A stretch of 64,000 nt of DNA from Hypanus sabinus (lineage: Eukaryota): the NCBI RefSeq assembly GCF_030144855.1, contig NC_082722.1:27404001-27468000 (forward strand), read 5' to 3'. Under the pieces are notes generated by a model. That model did not search any database, had not been told where the DNA came from, and saw only the letters and a list, made by a program, of their open reading frames with translations. The translations under genes were made by a program, and so were the position numbers. Positions within the stretch are counted from its first letter, which is position 1. The number at the start of each line of letters is the position of its first letter. Positions 26,582 through 39,765 of this stretch are shown one piece after another.

Positions 26582-26614
26582 TGTGGTAAACTATGTGAAT
26601 ACATGTCTGGACAC
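26582..26614 (+). repeat. Extra LTR-start fragment upstream of the 5' LTR
   Basis: tgtggtaaactatgtgaatacatgtctggacacg matches the first ~33 nt of both LTRs. It is preceded by ataat, which matches the right flank gtaat at 4/5 positions (possible TSD). Confidence 0.8.
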
Positions 26615-26650
26615 GATTCAGTGTTGTATCTAAAGTCCAAAGTGTAGAGG

Positions 26651-26867
26651 TGTGGTGAACTACATATACCTGTCTGGACACGCTCCTCTGCTGACTGTTC
26701 CTGTGGCTCCTCCCACAGACCCCTGTATAAAGGCGATTGGAGGCACTGCTCCTCCCTCAGTCTCCAGGATGTTGGGTGGTGGTCTCTTGCTGCTGATCGT
26801 GGTCTCTTGTAGCTAATAAAAGCCTATCGTTCGACTCCCGTCTCCGAGAGTTACTGATGGTGCATCA
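26651..26867 (+). repeat. 5' LTR (217 bp)
   Basis: TG...CA ends, TATA-like tataaa, AATAAA at 26815. Confidence 0.9.
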
Positions 26868-29800
26868 ATTTTATTAGCAGCAATTTTAAAACATGGAGAA
26901 CATTTTACTAACCGACAGATTCGATATTGACCCTCAATCACCGGAAGCCAGCATCGCTTTTGAACTCTGGCGTGCTTGCTTCCAATCGTAACTGGAAGAG
27001 ATTCGTGTGACCGAGCCTGCAACGATGCACAAAATTCTCCTATCCAGGGTCAGTCCATGGGTCTACTCCCTGATCAGGTACCTACCAACCTACCAAGGTG
27101 CACTGGACGCCCTCCAAAGACAATACCTGCGGCCGGTGAACATCGTCTAGGCAAGACATCGCATAGCGACACCGGGTCAGTGGGCCGGAGAGTCAAGTGC
27201 TTAGTTTGTCCCGGCTCTACAGACACTCCTGCGAGCCTGCGACTGCAGGGGACCACGGCAGAACAGCATGCAGAGCTGCAGGTAAGAGACGCCTTCGGTA
27301 CGGGGACCAGGTCAGAGTACGTGCGCCAACAGCTGCTGGAACACGCCAATCTTACCTTACATTCGGCGATTGAACAGGCCGACATGATGGAGGCCGCTCT
27401 GCACTACGCTGACGCTCTCCAGGCGCGTGATCTTCCGCCGGCCCCATGGACGCTGCAGACCCCGCAACCCGCCGGCGAATCGACCTCGGCTGCTGCCAGT
27501 CGCAAGTCCGAGCTGTGTTACTTCTGCGGTCTCGAAAAGCACCCCCGAAAACGCTGCCCCGCCCGAGAAGCTACCTGCTCCAGTTGCGGAATGAAGGGCC
27601 GCTTCGCCAAGGTCTGTAAGTTCAAACAACGAGCGAGGTCGAGCAGCATCGCGTGCGAGGCATGGGGGTCGCCATCTTTGTCGCTGCCATCTTGCCTGCC
27701 CGCCTCGTGCGAGGCATGGGGCGGCCATCTTTGTCGGCGCCACCTCGCCCCGACCACGACCCACGGGTGCTTACCGGGCACCTAGACGGCTATGCAAATC
27801 CGGCCTCCATGACCCTCGACCAAAGCGCTCCACACCAGCTCGCAAAGTTAATGATGGACATCCTAGTAGAGGGGCAAAGGACTAGCTGCCTGTTTGAAAC
27901 GGGCAACGCTGAGATTTTTATTCACCCGGACACAGTGCAACGCTGCGGACTCGTGACACAGCCGGTAAGCCAAAAGATCACCATGGCTTCTGGATCGCAT
28001 TCCACAGACATCCGAGGGAGGTGGTTGTGTAGCAACATTTGTGGTGCAGGACCCAGAATATGGGAACTTTGCGTTATTGGTCTTGCCTCAACAGTATGCC
28101 CCTGTGCTATTGGGGCTCGACTTCCATAGCCACCTGAAAAGTGTGATAATGGAGTATGACGGGCCCCTCCCACCAATAACTGTCAGAAATCCTCAGGTTT
28201 GTGGGACTTCGTCATATACCCTGCTACTGACAACACACACACACACCAACCCGCACATCCTACCCAACATCATGCCAACGGCCGCGCTACTAACACCACT
28301 TTCAGCCTCGCCAACCTCAAGATCCCTCCCCCACCGCTGTTCGCCAACCTGACCCCCGACTGCAAACCTGTGGCAACTAAAAGCAGGAGGTTCAGCGCGG
28401 GGGACAGAGCCTTCATTAAGTCGGAGCTGCAGCAGCTGCTCAGAGACGGGATCATTGAGCCAAGCACAAGTACTTGGAGGGCCCAGGTGGTCGTTGTTCG
28501 GAGCGGGCAGAAAAAAAGGATGGTCGTGGACTATAGCCAGACCTTCAACAGGTTCACGCAGCTTGACGCGTACCCCCTACCCCGCATCGCTGATATGGTC
28601 AATCAGATAGCTCAGTACAAGATGAAATCGACCATTGACCTGAAATCCGCTTACCATCAGCTCCCCATCCGCCCGGAGGACCGCCCCTACACCGCCTTCG
28701 TGGCGGGCGGCAGGTTCTATCACTTCCTGCGCGTCCCCTTCGATGTCACGAATGGTTTCTCTGTCTTCCAGAGGGAAATGGACCGGATGGTGGACGAGTG
28801 CCAACTGAAGGCCACGTTCCCATATCGGGATAACATCAGCATGTGCGGTCACGACTGGCAGGATCACGACACCAACCTCCAACGATTTTTCCAAGCGGCC
28901 AAAGCTCTCAACCTCAGCTATAACTGGGACAAGTGTGTGTTCGGAACAACCCGACTTGCTATCCTCGGGTATGTCGTGGAGTACGGGGTCATTGGCCTTG
29001 ACCCCGACCGTATGCGCCCCCTGCTGGAACTCCCTCTTCCCGGCACCCTCAGAGACCTCAAACGGTGCCTGGGCTTCTTTTCCTATTTCGCCCAATAGGT
29101 CCCTCACTACGCAGACAAGGACCGCCCCCTGGATAAGTCCACCGCATTTCCCCTCTCAACCGAGGCCCGCGCGCCGTTCAGCCACAATAAAGGAGACATT
29201 GCCAAAGCAACGATGCATGGGGTCCACGAGACCATTCTTTTCCAAGTAGAGAGTGATGCCTCCGACTTCGCGCTGGCTGCTACCCTCAATCAGGCAGGAA
29301 GACCGTAGCGTTCTTCTCTCGTACCCTTCAGGGCCCTGAAGTTCGGCACTCAGCGCTGGAGAAAAAAGGCCAGGCCATAGTGGAAGCTATTAGGCACTGG
29401 AGGCACTATCTCGCCAGCGAAACGTTCACCTTGCTGACGGACCAGCGCTCAGTTGCGTTCATGTTCAGTAACCAACAGTGGGGCAAAATGAAAAATGATA
29501 AAATTTTGAGGTGGAGAATAGAACTCTCCACCTACAACTATTACATTCTGTCCCGGCCTGGAAGGCTCAATGAGCCCCCTGATGCCCTATGAAGGGGAGC
29601 GTGTGCCAGCGCGCAACTCGAAAGGCTGTACGCCCTCCATGCAAAACTTTGCCACCTGGGAGTCACCCGACTTTACCATTTCGTGAAAGCCCAGAACCTG
29701 CCTTACTCCCTTGAGGAAATGAGGACGATGACCAGGGACTGTCAAGTCTGCGCTGAGTGCAAACCGCACTTCTACTGTCTTGAAAAGGCACGAATTATCA

Positions 29801-30845
29801 AGGCCAGCCGCCCCTTTGAGCGACGGAGTGTCGACTTTAAGGGCCCCCTTCCCTCAACCGACCGCAATCTCTAATTTCTAAACACAATCGACGAGTACTC
29901 GCGCATCCCCTTTGCCACCCCCTGCCCCGGTAGCACTGTTACGTCCGTCATAAAAGCCCTGCGCCAGTTCTTCACTAAGTTCGGATATCACTGCTATATC
30001 CACAGTGATAGAGGGTCCTCGTTTATGAGTGACAACATGAGCCAGTACCTGCTGGCTATTGGTATTGCTATTAGTAGGACCACGATCTATAATCCCTGGG
30101 GAATGGACAGGTGGAGAGGGAGAATTCCACTGTGTGGAAGGCCACACTCTTAGCCCTTAGGTTAAAGGGATTGCCGGTCTCTCGCTGGCAGGAGGTCCTC
30201 CCCGAGGCACACCACTCCATCCACTCCCTGTTATGCACGTCCATCAATGCCACCCCACATGAGCGACTCTTTTCTTTTTCCAGGAAGTCTGCCACTGGGA
30301 CCACCCTACCTGCTTGGCTGACGTCCCCAGGGCCAGTGCTGCTCCGGACACATGCGAGGAGCAATAAATACGCCCCCATGGTCGAGTGGGTTCGCCTACT
30401 TCATGCGAACCCCCGGTATGCCTACGTGGTCTTACCTGATGGGCGGGAGGACACGGTCTCCGTCCGCGACCTGGCGCCCGCAGGAGCACCCGACTCCTAC
30501 CCCGAACACTACACGGTGAATATGAACCCCGCACCCACCGATGTATGTACCCGCGAGACATCGCCCACACCAAGCCCTACACAGACTCCTCACGGCACTC
30601 CAATACCGGCCGCCACACACACGCATGAGGGATTACTGACGCCTAACGGGCTGGCACCTCAAGTCAGGCCGGTGCCAGCACAACCACCGTCAACGGTGCA
30701 ATCGCCACCGGCACTGGTGCAATCACCACCGGTGCTACAAAGATCGCAGTGACAGACTCGAACACCTGATAGACTTAACGTGTAAATATACTTGAAATAA
30801 ACTTCGCCCTTTGGGGACTCCCTTTTAAAACAAAGGGGGGTTGAA

Positions 30846-31029
30846 TGTGGTAAACTATATGTATACCTGTCTGGATACGCCCCTCTGCTGACTGCCCCTG
30901 TGGCTCCTCCCACAAACCCCTGTATAAAGGTGATTAGCGGCACTGCTCCTCCCTTAGTCTATAAGGTGTTTTGGTCACTTCTGTGCTAATAAAAACCTAT
31001 CGTCTTCGAGAGTTATTGATGGTGCATCA
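30846..31029 (+). repeat. 3' LTR (184 bp)
   Basis: TG...CA ends, preceded by the PPT. Homologous to the 5' LTR but with many substitutions and about 33 nt less. Confidence 0.9.
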
Positions 31030-31659
31030 GTAATGAAACGCATTTTGCATGTAATGCATCCTCAGTGATTCCCCAACGCTTTTTAACATATTTCGTCCTC
31101 TAATTCTGAATTGAAACAAAGTGAGAAGCCATGTTTCAAAATCACGTTCAAAATAAGGTAGAGAGTTTATCGTTTATTGTATTGTTTGCTCACAGTGGAG
31201 TGTTTCGAAATAGATTATAACAGCGCAAAGCGATGGATTTGAGGGAGGGGTACGGTGTGGAGGTATCGTCATAACAGCGTAGCTATCAGAGATGTCGCCC
31301 TCTCTCAGGCCGTCGCAGTAACCGAATGGACTTGATTGGGATGATACCGGGAATTTCCAGTTTGCAAATATTTAAAAACCCTAAACTCATTATCGTTTAT
31401 ATTATTGTATTTATTTACTTTCTTCATTACATTGTACTGATTTTTTCCATTTTATCGACGGGTTTCTTAGTTTTGGCCATCTCTTTTGTTTCATTTCTTT
31501 TGTCATATCCCTGACGTTCCTCAAAGTTTTGTGCATGGGTTTTACCCGATCCGTTTCCCTCACGCAGCCCGTCAAATAATTTTATCTGGATCCTGTAGCA
31601 ATACGGGAGTTCAATCTCCACTGTGACATTTTCAAAAAATTTCCAGAGAGCTTCAGGGT

Positions 31660-32110
31660 TAATTTCACAGGGGCGTGGTCCGACAGCGCAATGACGTCAT
31701 ACGCACACTCTTCAACAGTACATAACAAGCGTGTATCCAGAAAAAAATAATCAATTCTTGAATATTTATGATGAACGTGTGATTAAAAAAAAAATCTTTG
31801 TCATTAGGGTGGTTGTATCTCCTGATATCTACCAGGCCATATTCTAAGAGATAATAATTAATACAGGCCTCCGCATTATTAGGAAGCGCCGGACTGGGTT
31901 TTGACCTGTCAACCGCCGGATTAAGGCAACAGTTTAAGTCACCACCTATTAACAATTTCTGTTCATTTAGATTCGGTAGCTCAGAAAAAAAAGGGATTCT
32001 TAAAAAATTGAGGACTGCCTGAATTTGATGCGTAATCACACACCAGAGCTACCTTTTGACCGCATATTAAACGAGTAACAAATAAATATCTTCCAATCGA
32101 ATCAGTAACA
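31660..32110 (-). mobile_element. L1-clade LINE endonuclease fragment
   Basis: ORF 31665-32039 reads LPNLNEQKLLIGGDLNCCLNPAVDRS...GLVDIRR...HP (APE-type GGDFN motif in L1 context). Confidence 0.7.
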
Positions 32111-32315
32111 CTATTAAAGTATACAAAAGGTATTTAAAAATTAACAAAAATAGATACCCATCTAAATTTATTTGTTGATAAGGAATGATATAAAGGATCC
32201 TTCCAAATTTTGAATAAAAAACAAACTTCTTCCTGTCTTCGTACTTGCGTCTCTTGGGCGAAAATAATATCCGCATGAAATATTTTTAATTTCTTAAAAA
32301 CCGTTTTACGCTTAA

Positions 32316-32710
32316 CAGACAGACAGACATACTTTATTGATCCCGAAGGAAATTGGGTTTCGTTACAGTCGCAAGACCAAGAATAGTGTAGAAATATAGC
32401 AACATATAACCATAAATAATTAAATAATGATAAGTAAATTATTCCAAGTGGAAATAAGTCCAGGACCAGCCTATTGGCTCAGGGTGTCTGACAATCGGAG
32501 GGAGGAGTTGTAAAGTTTGATGGCCACAGGCAGGAATGACTTCCCATGAAGCTCAGTGTTGCATCTCGGTGGAATTAGTCTCTGGCTGAGCGTGCTCCTG
32601 TGCCTAACCAGTACATTATGGAGTGGATGGGAGAGTTTGTCTAAGATGGCATGCAACTTGGACAGCATCCTCTTTTCAGTCACCACCGTCAGAGAGTCCA
32701 GATCCACACC
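32316..32710 (-). mobile_element. Rex1/Babar-type LINE 3' end with (tgtc)n tail
   Basis: ORF 32471-32707 contains SHPLHNVL...KSFLPVAIKLYN. Tail is acagacagacagac plus tttatt. Confidence 0.8.
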
Positions 32711-33904
32711 AAGAAAATAAACCTTCTAATCTTCATCCCCGGCCTTCTCCTTTTCGTTTTTGTAACTGTTGAACGTTTATATACTTTTAAACATATTATG
32801 TTTTTATTATTTAAATCATTCATATTTACATACTTGAAACTTTATAGATGATTTAAACACTTTAAGAAGAAATGTTTTGTCAATCTAGTTAAGACCAGAA
32901 ATTGTCTGTTAAGTTAGTTCTACATTTCATATGTGCGGGTCATTTGTGCATCCCAACTCCCTAGATTCCATCTATAACGCTAAACTCTTAGAATGTACAT
33001 GGCTTCATCCTGTAGACCTTCCCAAATATTTCCATGATCTAGAATACGGAGAGCTGCTGCAGGTAATATTGTTCTGATATCTTCCCAAGATTACTGATGG
33101 GATCTGCTGGGTTACGACTCACCACACAATCAATACAATCGAACCACACGGAAGAAACGTAAATGTAGACGGTTTTGGAAATAGCTGATTATTTTGGCAT
33201 CTTCTGTGAAGAGAAAAGTAGGCTGGAGAGCTTTCACCACGCAATAAACCCGAAAAAAGCATAACCTGGCATTTTTCACAATGCTTCCTGAGTTGGTGTG
33301 GACTCTAAATTGGCTAAAGCCAAGGCATTTGCTTCCATCCGCACTCAATTCACGGACACAAAATACTACCCAGCTTATTTACTACTTTGTTTCCTTGTTT
33401 CTTTTCATTTGTCATTTATAAATATAATGAAACTTCGTGATCCGAGAACAAACTGAAAATGCCTGCCAATTAACGCAGTAGTACAATATGAGTATTTTTA
33501 TCCTGCATCGCGCATCTCGAGACTTCACGCACGAACCATTTCAACATTCAGCTCAAAGCATTATTTTCAATTCTCATTTGGTTAATCGACTCTGCTGTGG
33601 AACATTTCTGATATGCTTTGACAATGTGGTATGAAATAAATGTACTATAATCAAATGCCAGTGTCCACAATATCCATATACCCTTTGTTTTAACTGAGAT
33701 TGTGAAAATTTCTTCCGTATTTAAAAAGTGAAAAGCTTCAAATCTTTTATCCACATTCCAGATCTCTGTTCGTTACAACACACATGACAACATGATAAAA
33801 TACACTTAATTCACATTCAGTATTCTGAGATTTTAAACGTACAGAAAATACTATGCATCCATAAACAATACTTGTCTAGAATTTTTTGGGTGGTTTGTGC
33901 TTAC

Positions 33905-34095
33905 ATTCATACAAGGCAATTTGTCCTCAGTGTCTTACCGTAACCTTAAGTGATGTCACCTGCATTCTGAGAGGCTAATGCTTTAGCTGAAAATAGTCGA
34001 CCATTTTTCCAACTGGACATTTTCACGATACATTTGTTCGGCGGATTAAAGGAGAGTTTCTCTCCTGGTATTGACTTGTCGAGTTCTGAAGAACG
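33905..34095 (-). repeat. About 190-bp segment duplicated in inverted orientation at 38048-38223
   Basis: Reverse complement aligns from ttcttcagaactcga through aaaatgtccagttggaaaaa, ctcagaatgyaggtgayatcacttaaggtta and actgaggacaaattgc. Roughly 80% identity by eye. Confidence 0.8.
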
Positions 34096-35699
34096 GTCGG
34101 TTATGATGTTATTATAACGGTGATGTTATTCCACTGCACATTGTTTCTATTTTCATATTATCTAACTGGCTGAGTCTGCTATAAACTGTTGCTCTCGTAT
34201 GAAAATATATTTTCAGGATTTTACAAATATTACAAGGACTTTTCCATAAAGATCGGATGCTAACGGGGAATAAAATTGAACCGGCAGTCGAAAGGCTGCG
34301 GAGCTTGGCAATTGTAACGTCAATTGTTCAAAGGAACCATCTCCGATCACTCGGCGCAGAATATCTGTCTACTCGATTACGTTGGCAACTATGGTACTTT
34401 ATAATACTAATACTATTAATAATAATACTCATTAACCTATTCTTCTGGGATAACATCTTGGCTCGAAGCCCAACTGGAAAATGTATAAGGAAAATGAAGA
34501 ATTAAAATCTAAAATTTTAGAAAACGCAATGTACATTCGAACACAAGGAAATCTGCAGATGCTGGAATTTCAAACAACACCACACACAAAATGCTGATGG
34601 AACACACAGCTGTCGACAGCGCTTCTCCCCATACATGTACATTCGAACGTGCTTTGGTTAATACTAGTTAGGACAGAATGGGAAAGTGGAATAACATGCA
34701 TAAATAAATTTTGTACAACGGTCAGATAAAATTTCTAAGGATATATTTTCATCAAGGAAAACAGGATTCAGCATTTCAGGGGAGCCCTTGCAATTCTGAT
34801 AAGGAGAACACGCCACTAAACTGATATTAAAGTACAGACAGAAAAATGAAGAAATTATCACTCTATGGGGAAAATAAAACAAATTTACCAATGGAAGAAC
34901 ATGACCGTCCTTGGAAACATCCCCAGGATCTGGGCAGATTAGATGTCATCAAGGAAGCGTTGAAGCCTGCCTCGGAGTTGCAGACCTCCTCTCGGAACTA
35001 TGTAGTTCTTCATGGCATAGAGGAACAGGTGGTCAACAGAAAAAAATATCAAAAATACAGAATAAGAAAACCAACAATGGTAAGACGATTCATGCAGAAA
35101 ATAACAAGAGAAACCAGAAGCAATCAAACATATAACAGGATCTTGCAGCAGTTGAAGTCAAATCTATTTACTTACACAGGGGCAATCAAGCGGAAAACTT
35201 TGTATACCAAAATCTTGCTTTAAGTTTCAAACTCAGAAGTGGAACCATACCTTACGATAAATCAGTGTCTGGCTCACGTTGAGAGCTAGAGTCTCACAAG
35301 CTATATTTTACCTCATCCATTATTACAAATGGGACCATTTATAATAACCGTCTGCATATAAATATTACAGTATAAACAAGCAAAATCTACTTACTTAATA
35401 GATATAGCCAGGCCAAGTACGCACAATATATAGAAATCAATGATTGAATATCACATGAAATTAAAAGAGAAAATTGGAAGATTATGGTACATGAACAAGG
35501 TATATATTGCCCAAATCGTGATATCTACAACTGATATCATCCCAAAGTCATTACACTAAAACATTAAGCAATTAGGTCTACACAATAATATTTATTGAAA
35601 AATCTCCAGAAAGGCACAATGCTGAACACTAGTCTGAATTTTGCAAACAGTTGAAAAATTAACTTGCATGTCTATTCTCGCACTCCAGGCTTTACCAGC

Positions 35700-36520
35700 A
35701 CGAAATAATAACATAGAACACTACATCACAGTACAGGCCCTTTCGGCCCACAATGCTGTGCCGATCCTTAAACCCTGACATGGATATAACCCTCCACCTT
35801 AAATTCCTCCATATACCTGTCTCGTGTCTCCAATATTTCACTAGTGTATCTGCCACCACCACTGACTTAGGTAGTGCATTCCACGCACCAACCACTCTCT
35901 GAGTTAAAAGCCTTCCTCTAATATTCTCTTTGAACTTTCCACCCCTTACCTTAAAGCCATGTCCTCTTGCATTGAGCAGTGGTGCCCTGGGTACGAGGCA
36001 CTGGCAGTCAACTCTATTCCTCTTAATATGTTGTGTACCTCTATCATGTCTCCTCTCATTCCATAAGCTTCTTTAACTACCCTAACTACCTGTGAGGGAA
36101 CTTGCAGAGAACTCTGGACATGTACCCCCAGATCCCGCTGCTCCTCCACACTTCCAAGTATCCTGCCATTTACTTTGTACTCTGCATCGGATTTTATCCT
36201 TCCAAAGTGTACCACCTCACACTTCTCTGTGTTGAACTCCAACTGCAACTTACCAGCCACCTTCTGCATCCTAACAACGTCTGTCTGCAATCGTAGACAA
36301 TCTTCAACACTGTCCACAACACCACCAACATTTGTGTTGTCAGCAAACTTGTCAACCCAACCTTCCACTCTGACATCCAGGTCGTTAATAAAAATCACGA
36401 AAAGTAGAGATCCCAAAACCGATCCTTGTGGGACACCACTAGTCACAGCCCTCCAATCCGAATGTACTCCATCCAATGTAATAATGCCTGCATTAGCTTG
36501 GCGATTGTTAATTTGAAGCA
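35700..36520 (-). mobile_element. CR1 LINE RT/3' fragment
   Basis: ORF 35946-36596 contains SGVPQGSVLGSLLFVIFINDL...KFADNT...KCEVVHFG. Confidence 0.85.
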
Positions 36521-38224
36521 CAGGGACACCTGAATAAAGGTAGGTTGTGAGCCCTGGATGATAGCTCATGTGGACGTTCCCCGTAATGCACCACACAGCT
36601 TTGTAGGAACGTAAGTTAATGCAAGATGAGCGAAAAGGTGTGCAGTCAACAATGGGTGCATTAGTATGAAGATGGCACTGTTACAGAAAGCTAGATGTGG
36701 GGACATGCTGTGTCCTAGCGATTAACGTGGCTTAATAATTCAGAAAATTTCGTGTCACTGTCACTGAGAATGTGCGATGCTTGGTCGACCTTCATGGCTA
36801 CTGTGCTGGGAAAGCAATCGTACTGAACAGTTTCAGAATACTGCAGTCCGAGTAGATGCAGTGGAAATGTCTCTCTTTGTGCTTCTTTGTGCACTCTTGG
36901 GCGAGAGGACATTACTGTGGGACTGTATATGCGTGCCAATGTGGATGTCCAATTCCAAGAACTGGTCTCTATCCCTGCATGACTGGTTATGATATGTGTA
37001 TGCGACCCGTTTATCTGAAATCTACGCAATCACCGATACACTCTGCCACTTAGTGAAATAAAACACGGATTTTATAATTTTCATTCATCCTTTCAAATCT
37101 CTCTATGTTTTTGTTCCTCCAGATTCTATCCCCTTTTTCAGGTCCACCCCCAGAGCTGAAAGTATACCTCGGCTGATTGGCGATGTACTCTATCTCCCAA
37201 CCCCCAATGATCCTCACTTTTCCACGACGAACAATGCTGAACTTTTGCTCTGGATTTGTGTTTCTATTCTTTTTTGTACTCCTTTTCATAACCTTGCTTT
37301 TTGTGTGTTTAACGGCTCACTCACGAGTCATATTATCTGAAAAGCTCAGAATCAGAACGTGTTTAAAATTATTCTTTTTGCTGTGCTCCATCAAGATATG
37401 GTAACGATTTTAAAACGGCATCTAAATAATTCTTCGTGCCGCATATATAGAACCTATTGTGCAATATTGTGTTTATGTAGTTGTGTTTTGCTTCGACTTG
37501 ATGGAAATTAAATCATTTGTCGACAGAGGCACATATTCTGCACGTGTTCGCGATTTTAAATCCTCAAGTGCAAACTTTTCTACCTCTGCAATGGCAAGAT
37601 GCATCTAGTTTTTGCTAAACGAGACAGCACACACAGGAAAATAACTGCACCCACAGTTAGCTGGTGACAAAATGGAAACTCCATGCGGTCAGAAGATTCA
37701 CCGCCTCAGGCGAGTAGATTGCAAGTAACCACGTTATCGCGTTTAACGCTTAAGTGAAAAGTAAGAAAGTTAATTTAAGCAAATTATGTGTAAAGCTATT
37801 TCTGAAAGTTATGTGTTTCTGTACTCACGATATGTCATTCATAAACAACGGATGTATTTCAACTATTTTATATCTGTTAAACACGCGTTTTAAATATTCG
37901 AATATTTTTGCTAAGAACATCGAATGATTGCAATTTGTAATTCTAGGCTGGATAAAATTCATAACCCCAAGATTTTCCGCTGATGTGGAAAATCCAGAAC
38001 TACAGTACACCAAAGGATGAAGTAACTCGACATTTCAGACCGAGACCCTTCTTCAGAACTCGAATAATCAATGCCAGGGGAGAAACGCTCCTTTAATCGG
38101 CCGTACAAATGTCAAAATGTCCAGTTGGAAAAAATTGTCGATTATTTTCACCTAAAGCAGTAACCCCTCAGAATGTAGGTGATATCACTTAAGGTTAAGG
38201 TTATATACTGAGGACAAATTGCTT

Positions 38225-39240
38225 TTATTTTGCACAGGGACGCCCTGTAGAGAGCAGATAGTGGGCGGGGTGGGGTGGGAGTAGGGAAAGGTGTGCATGG
38301 TGGTGGGATCCTGTAGGAAATGTTGGCAGAAACATAGAATGATATGCTGGATGCGGAGGCAGTGAGGTTATACTTGAGGGCAAGAGGAATCTTATCCATG
38401 TGTGGCAGTGAGAGGATGGCACGAAATGCAAGAGATGCTGATGAGGGCAGTATTGGTGTCCTGGTGGAGGAAAGAATGCTTCTTTCCGTAAGAAGGAGAA
38501 CACCTCAATAGTACTGGAATGGAAAACCCACCAGGAGTGTGGATGCATTTTTACAAGTGACAGTGTAGGAAGGGTTGTAGTCCAAATAGTTATGATAGTC
38601 AATGAGTTTATAATATATATCCCTAGTTAGACTGTCTTCAGCGATTGAGACAGATAACGAGAAAGGGGAGACATATTTCATAAATTGTACAATTTGAGGC
38701 CAGCATGGACGTTGGAGGCAACTTTGATGAAATCGACGAGCTTTTTATGGATGCAGGAAGCAGCACCAAAGCAGTCGGCAATGCAATGTTGCAAGAATTC
38801 GGCAGCCATGCAGGTGTAATATTGGGACATTGTCCGTTGCACATGGCCAATGAGAGATCAGGCATTGCTAGGACTCAAGCGGTTGCCCATCGCTGCACAG
38901 TGGGTTTGAAGGAAGTCAGAGGATCCCAAGGATAAACTGTTGAAAATGAGCTCCAGATCTGCCAGACAGAGGACAGTGTAGCTGGTTGGTTCTGCTGTCG
39001 AGGAAGAAGTTGAGAGCGAGATCGAGAGCGTGTGAAGCGTCACGGATGTAGTTACGAAGGGTCTGAAACAAAGTTCCTCCTCTCCCTCTTATTCTGACTT
39101 CTGTCACGTTCTTTCCAGTTCTGATGAAGGATCCCGGCCCAAGAAGTCAACCGATAATTATGCTACGTAAATGCTGACTGGCCTGCTGAGTAACTCCAGC
39201 ATATTTTTACGTGTGGCTTCAGATTTTCAGGATCTGCAGA
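38225..39240 (-). mobile_element. Degraded Penelope-like element body, followed by a plus-orientation terminal-repeat relic near 39115-39245
   Basis: Purine-rich plus strand typical of this family's antisense. Degenerate ctgatgaagg motif at about 39121. Family call from recognition only. Confidence 0.5.
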
Positions 39241-39649
39241 TGTCTGATTTCATTACACTTTGATAGCATTCATTCCCAGCCGCAACTGGTGGGCTTCCTT
39301 CATTCATTCAAGATCAATCTGGAATGCTCCCTTCGCCCATGATATGTCTTCATGGACCTGTTATAAATTTATTGGTCGCCAGGCTTGATGCCTGTGATCT
39401 GACCTCAGCAGACTTCAGACGTCATGGTTCATCCTGGCCTCTTGGACTCACTTCTCTGCAATTGTTTGTTTTTTTTGCACACGTCCGTGATAACCGTGAT
39501 GTATTAATTCAGTTTCGTAGACGAGACCTTGAACACAGCCCAGTCCACCGACTCGAAGAAATCCCGTGGTCTTTCCTCTGGCTCCCGCGACCACCTTTTT
39601 GTTGTCCTAACCTCTGGAACCTTGCTCGTTTCATTTTGCTTCTATGCAG

Positions 39650-39765
39650 GTAGGAGAAGGTCAGACAAGTGGTCAAATGTGGCTTTTGTGCTTGGAAGTG
39701 TAGGCATTTCTTATCTATTTATACAGTAACAGTGGTCTCATGTGTCTGGTGTTCTGGTGCTACAG
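39650..39765 (+). pseudogene. Possible frameshifted transmembrane exon of a paralogous receptor
   Basis: Acceptor ttttgcttctatgcag. Restoring one T at ggcattt gives GRRRSDKWSNVAFVLGSVGIFLSIYTVTVVSCVWCSGAT, phase 1 to 1 with donor cag|gtcata. Confidence 0.35.

Larger units (their letters stand above)
26651..31029 (+). mobile_element. Near-complete Ty3/Gypsy LTR retrotransposon (Mag-like double CCHC gag; PR-RT-RH-IN), inactivated by stops and frameshifts
   Basis: Gag ATG at 26893. Knuckles CYFCGLEKHPRKRCPAREATCSSCGMKGRFAKVC. PR CLFETG; RT LDAYPLP...YRDNI; RH ESDASDFAL; IN CQVCAEC, VDFKGPLP, IHSDRGSSF. PPT aaaacaaaggggggttgaa at 30827-30845. Confidence 0.95.

Noticed and set aside
33123-33203. 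Minus-strand 81-nt segment with strong acceptor and gtgagt donor
   Set aside because: Only phase 2 is open, with no recognisable motif or partner exons. It cannot be supported without RNA data.
34846-35223. 125-aa ORF ending in TLYTKI (ITSM-like)
   Set aside because: No convincing splice context or domain. A-rich composition can explain the open frame.
38264-38280. G-quadruplex-like gggcggggtggggtggg
   Set aside because: It lies in a degraded retroelement's purine-rich strand, with no evidence of function.
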